A stretch of DNA of 64,000 nucleotides from Octopus sinensis. Its lineage: Eukaryota. Positions 62,172-64,000 of this stretch are shown here, one piece after another. The position numbers and the translations under genes were made by a program. Position 1 is the stretch's first letter. Each line of letters opens with the position of its first letter. Location: contig NC_043010.1 in NCBI RefSeq assembly GCF_006345805.1, forward strand, positions 47,058,001 to 47,122,000, given 5' to 3'. The notes under the pieces were generated by a model. The model saw only the letters and a program-made list of their open reading frames with translations, had not been told where the DNA came from and did not search any database.

Positions 62172-63778
62172 CTAATAAGAAACATTTGTAAAATGTAAAA
62201 CAAGGATAAAATAGCAATCAGAAATATCAAACGCAGTATATCAATATATACATAAAATACACAGAGTGGAGAGCGGTTATAGAAGAGGGAAATGCAGGAA
62301 GATGAAGTAGTGAAGGACAATCTCAAAATGATGAACCTTGCGAAGGAGAAGACAGAACTGAGATATGTGGTGCATTGCTATACTTGAGAAAACCTAGCCC
62401 ACTACAACAAAATTGAGATCTTAAAACCAAAGTACTGTGTAAAAAGCACTGATGTGGATGCTGGTACCACATAGAAAGCCCCCAGTACACACTGTACAGT
62501 GGTTGGCATTAGGAAAGGCATCCAGCCATAAAAACAAGCCAAAACAGACTATAGAACCTGGTGCAGACCCTGGCCTTGCCAGTTAGTCAAGCTGTCCAAC
62601 CCATGCCAGCATGAGAAACATGTTAAATGATGATGATACATCACTAATCAGTAAGGCAACAATTATTTTAGTTCAACAAGTCAATTATTCCGGTATAAAT
62701 TTTGTATTTTCCCCAAAGCTACAAATTTGCAAGAGTGGAGTACAGTTGACAGAGAGTCCGATGAGGTTTGGTAGCAAAGTAAATGCTGACCAGTTTTCTA
62801 ACCTGCAGTATCACTTAAAAATCAGACATAAAAGAAACTAGCTGCAGTGTGCAAGAGAATTTTAAAGAATTAAAGTCAAACATATTTCAATCATCGTCGT
62901 TTAGCGTTCGCTTTCCATGCTAGCATGGGTTGGACGGTTCAACTGGGGTCTGGGAAGCCAGAAGGCAGCACCAGGCCCAGTCTGATCTGGCAATGTTTCT
63001 ATGGCTGGATGCCCTACCTAATGCCAACCACTCTGGCAATGGCTACGTTCGGATGGTTCTCAATAACTGCAGATATACAGGAACTCCAAATATAAGTCAT
63101 TAAAACAATTACTCAACATGTTATATGAAAGGGCTATATATTTTAGCTGCAGTCAAGAAGTAACTGCTGGAATTTTATGAAGAAGAAAACAAGAAAAACA
63201 ATTTCAAATGCTATTGTGGATCCCCAATTTACTATTTTCTTGCATGGACCCTCAAAAATGTTTTATGGGCCTTCAAGGGCCATATGGACCCCAGCTGAAA
63301 ACAGCTGACCCACTCTGAAGATATGAAATATAAAGTGTATAAGTGAGATTAAGGAGAGAGCAGTAGAGAGAGAGAGAGAGGGAGGGAGGGAGGGGAGAGA
63401 GAGGGAGAAGAGTGTTGAAGGCAGTGGAGAATGGTAGGCATTAGAGAGGCAGAGAAGTATTTGTAGGCAATTGTGTTGAACAGGTAGCTGACATACGGCT
63501 GATCAACCTGCTTAAAATAACCAAAGAACTCACAAATCACACCCTTAACCCTTTTGATACCAACCTGCCTGAAATTGCCCTCGGCTCTATGATACAAATT
63601 CCATTTTAAAGTGATCTAAATTAAAACCTTCCTTTAAATTTCATGTTAATTTATATTCCAAACATAAGCTAAATAATGACAAAGTTTTCTTAAATCCTTC
63701 ATTAGTTTCAGAATTACTTGAAGCAAAGGCAATAATATATTTCAATAAAAAATTTGGTAATGAAAGGGTTAAAAACAG

Positions 63779-63904
63779 GCCACATGGTTCCAGGTTCGAT
63801 CCCACTGCGTGGAATCTTGGGCAAGTGTCTTCTACTATAGCCTCAGGCTGACCAAAATCTTGTGAGTGGATTTGGTAGACGGAAACTGAAAGAAGCCCGT
63901 CGTA

Positions 63905-63947
<43 letters not shown>

Positions 63948-64000
63948 ATGTTTGTGCATCTGTGTTTGTCCCCTTAACATCGCTTGACAACCAATGCTGG
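63779..64000 (+). mobile_element. SINE family B copy truncated by the window edge
   Basis: ccacatggttccaggttcgatcccactgcgtgg...gaaactgaaagaagcccgtcg...cgcttgacaacc. Confidence 0.85.

Noticed and set aside
62640-63530. Possible further upstream exons of the PRC1-like gene (AG sites near 62.81 kb and 63.51 kb)
   Set aside because: No in-phase donor, and frames close quickly or lack similarity.

Overview
AT-rich, microsatellite- and SINE-dense animal genomic DNA. The repeat landscape looks cephalopod (octopus-like); this is an inference and the species is not confirmed. The main gene is a complete 10-coding-exon CHMP7 on the minus strand (CDS 50488->17792, about 454 aa), with all junctions GT-AG and phase-consistent by manual assembly. 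Three terminal exons of a probable PRC1/Feo-like gene lie on the minus strand at 61472-62171. A polyQ exon of an unidentified minus-strand gene runs off the left edge (1-297). The rest is repeats: three tRNA-type SINE families, RTE and CR1 LINE 3' fragments, Helitron/Helentron remnants, a decayed piggyBac transposase and several MITE/foldback families. Most notable are a decayed partial copy of CHMP7 exon 3 with an intact acceptor inside intron 2, a 3-kb two-motif composite satellite, a 39-unit 32-bp minisatellite that arose from an internal direct repeat of a SINE, and long near-perfect intronic hairpins. I found no convincing evidence of a wholly new biological system; the findings are leads to test.
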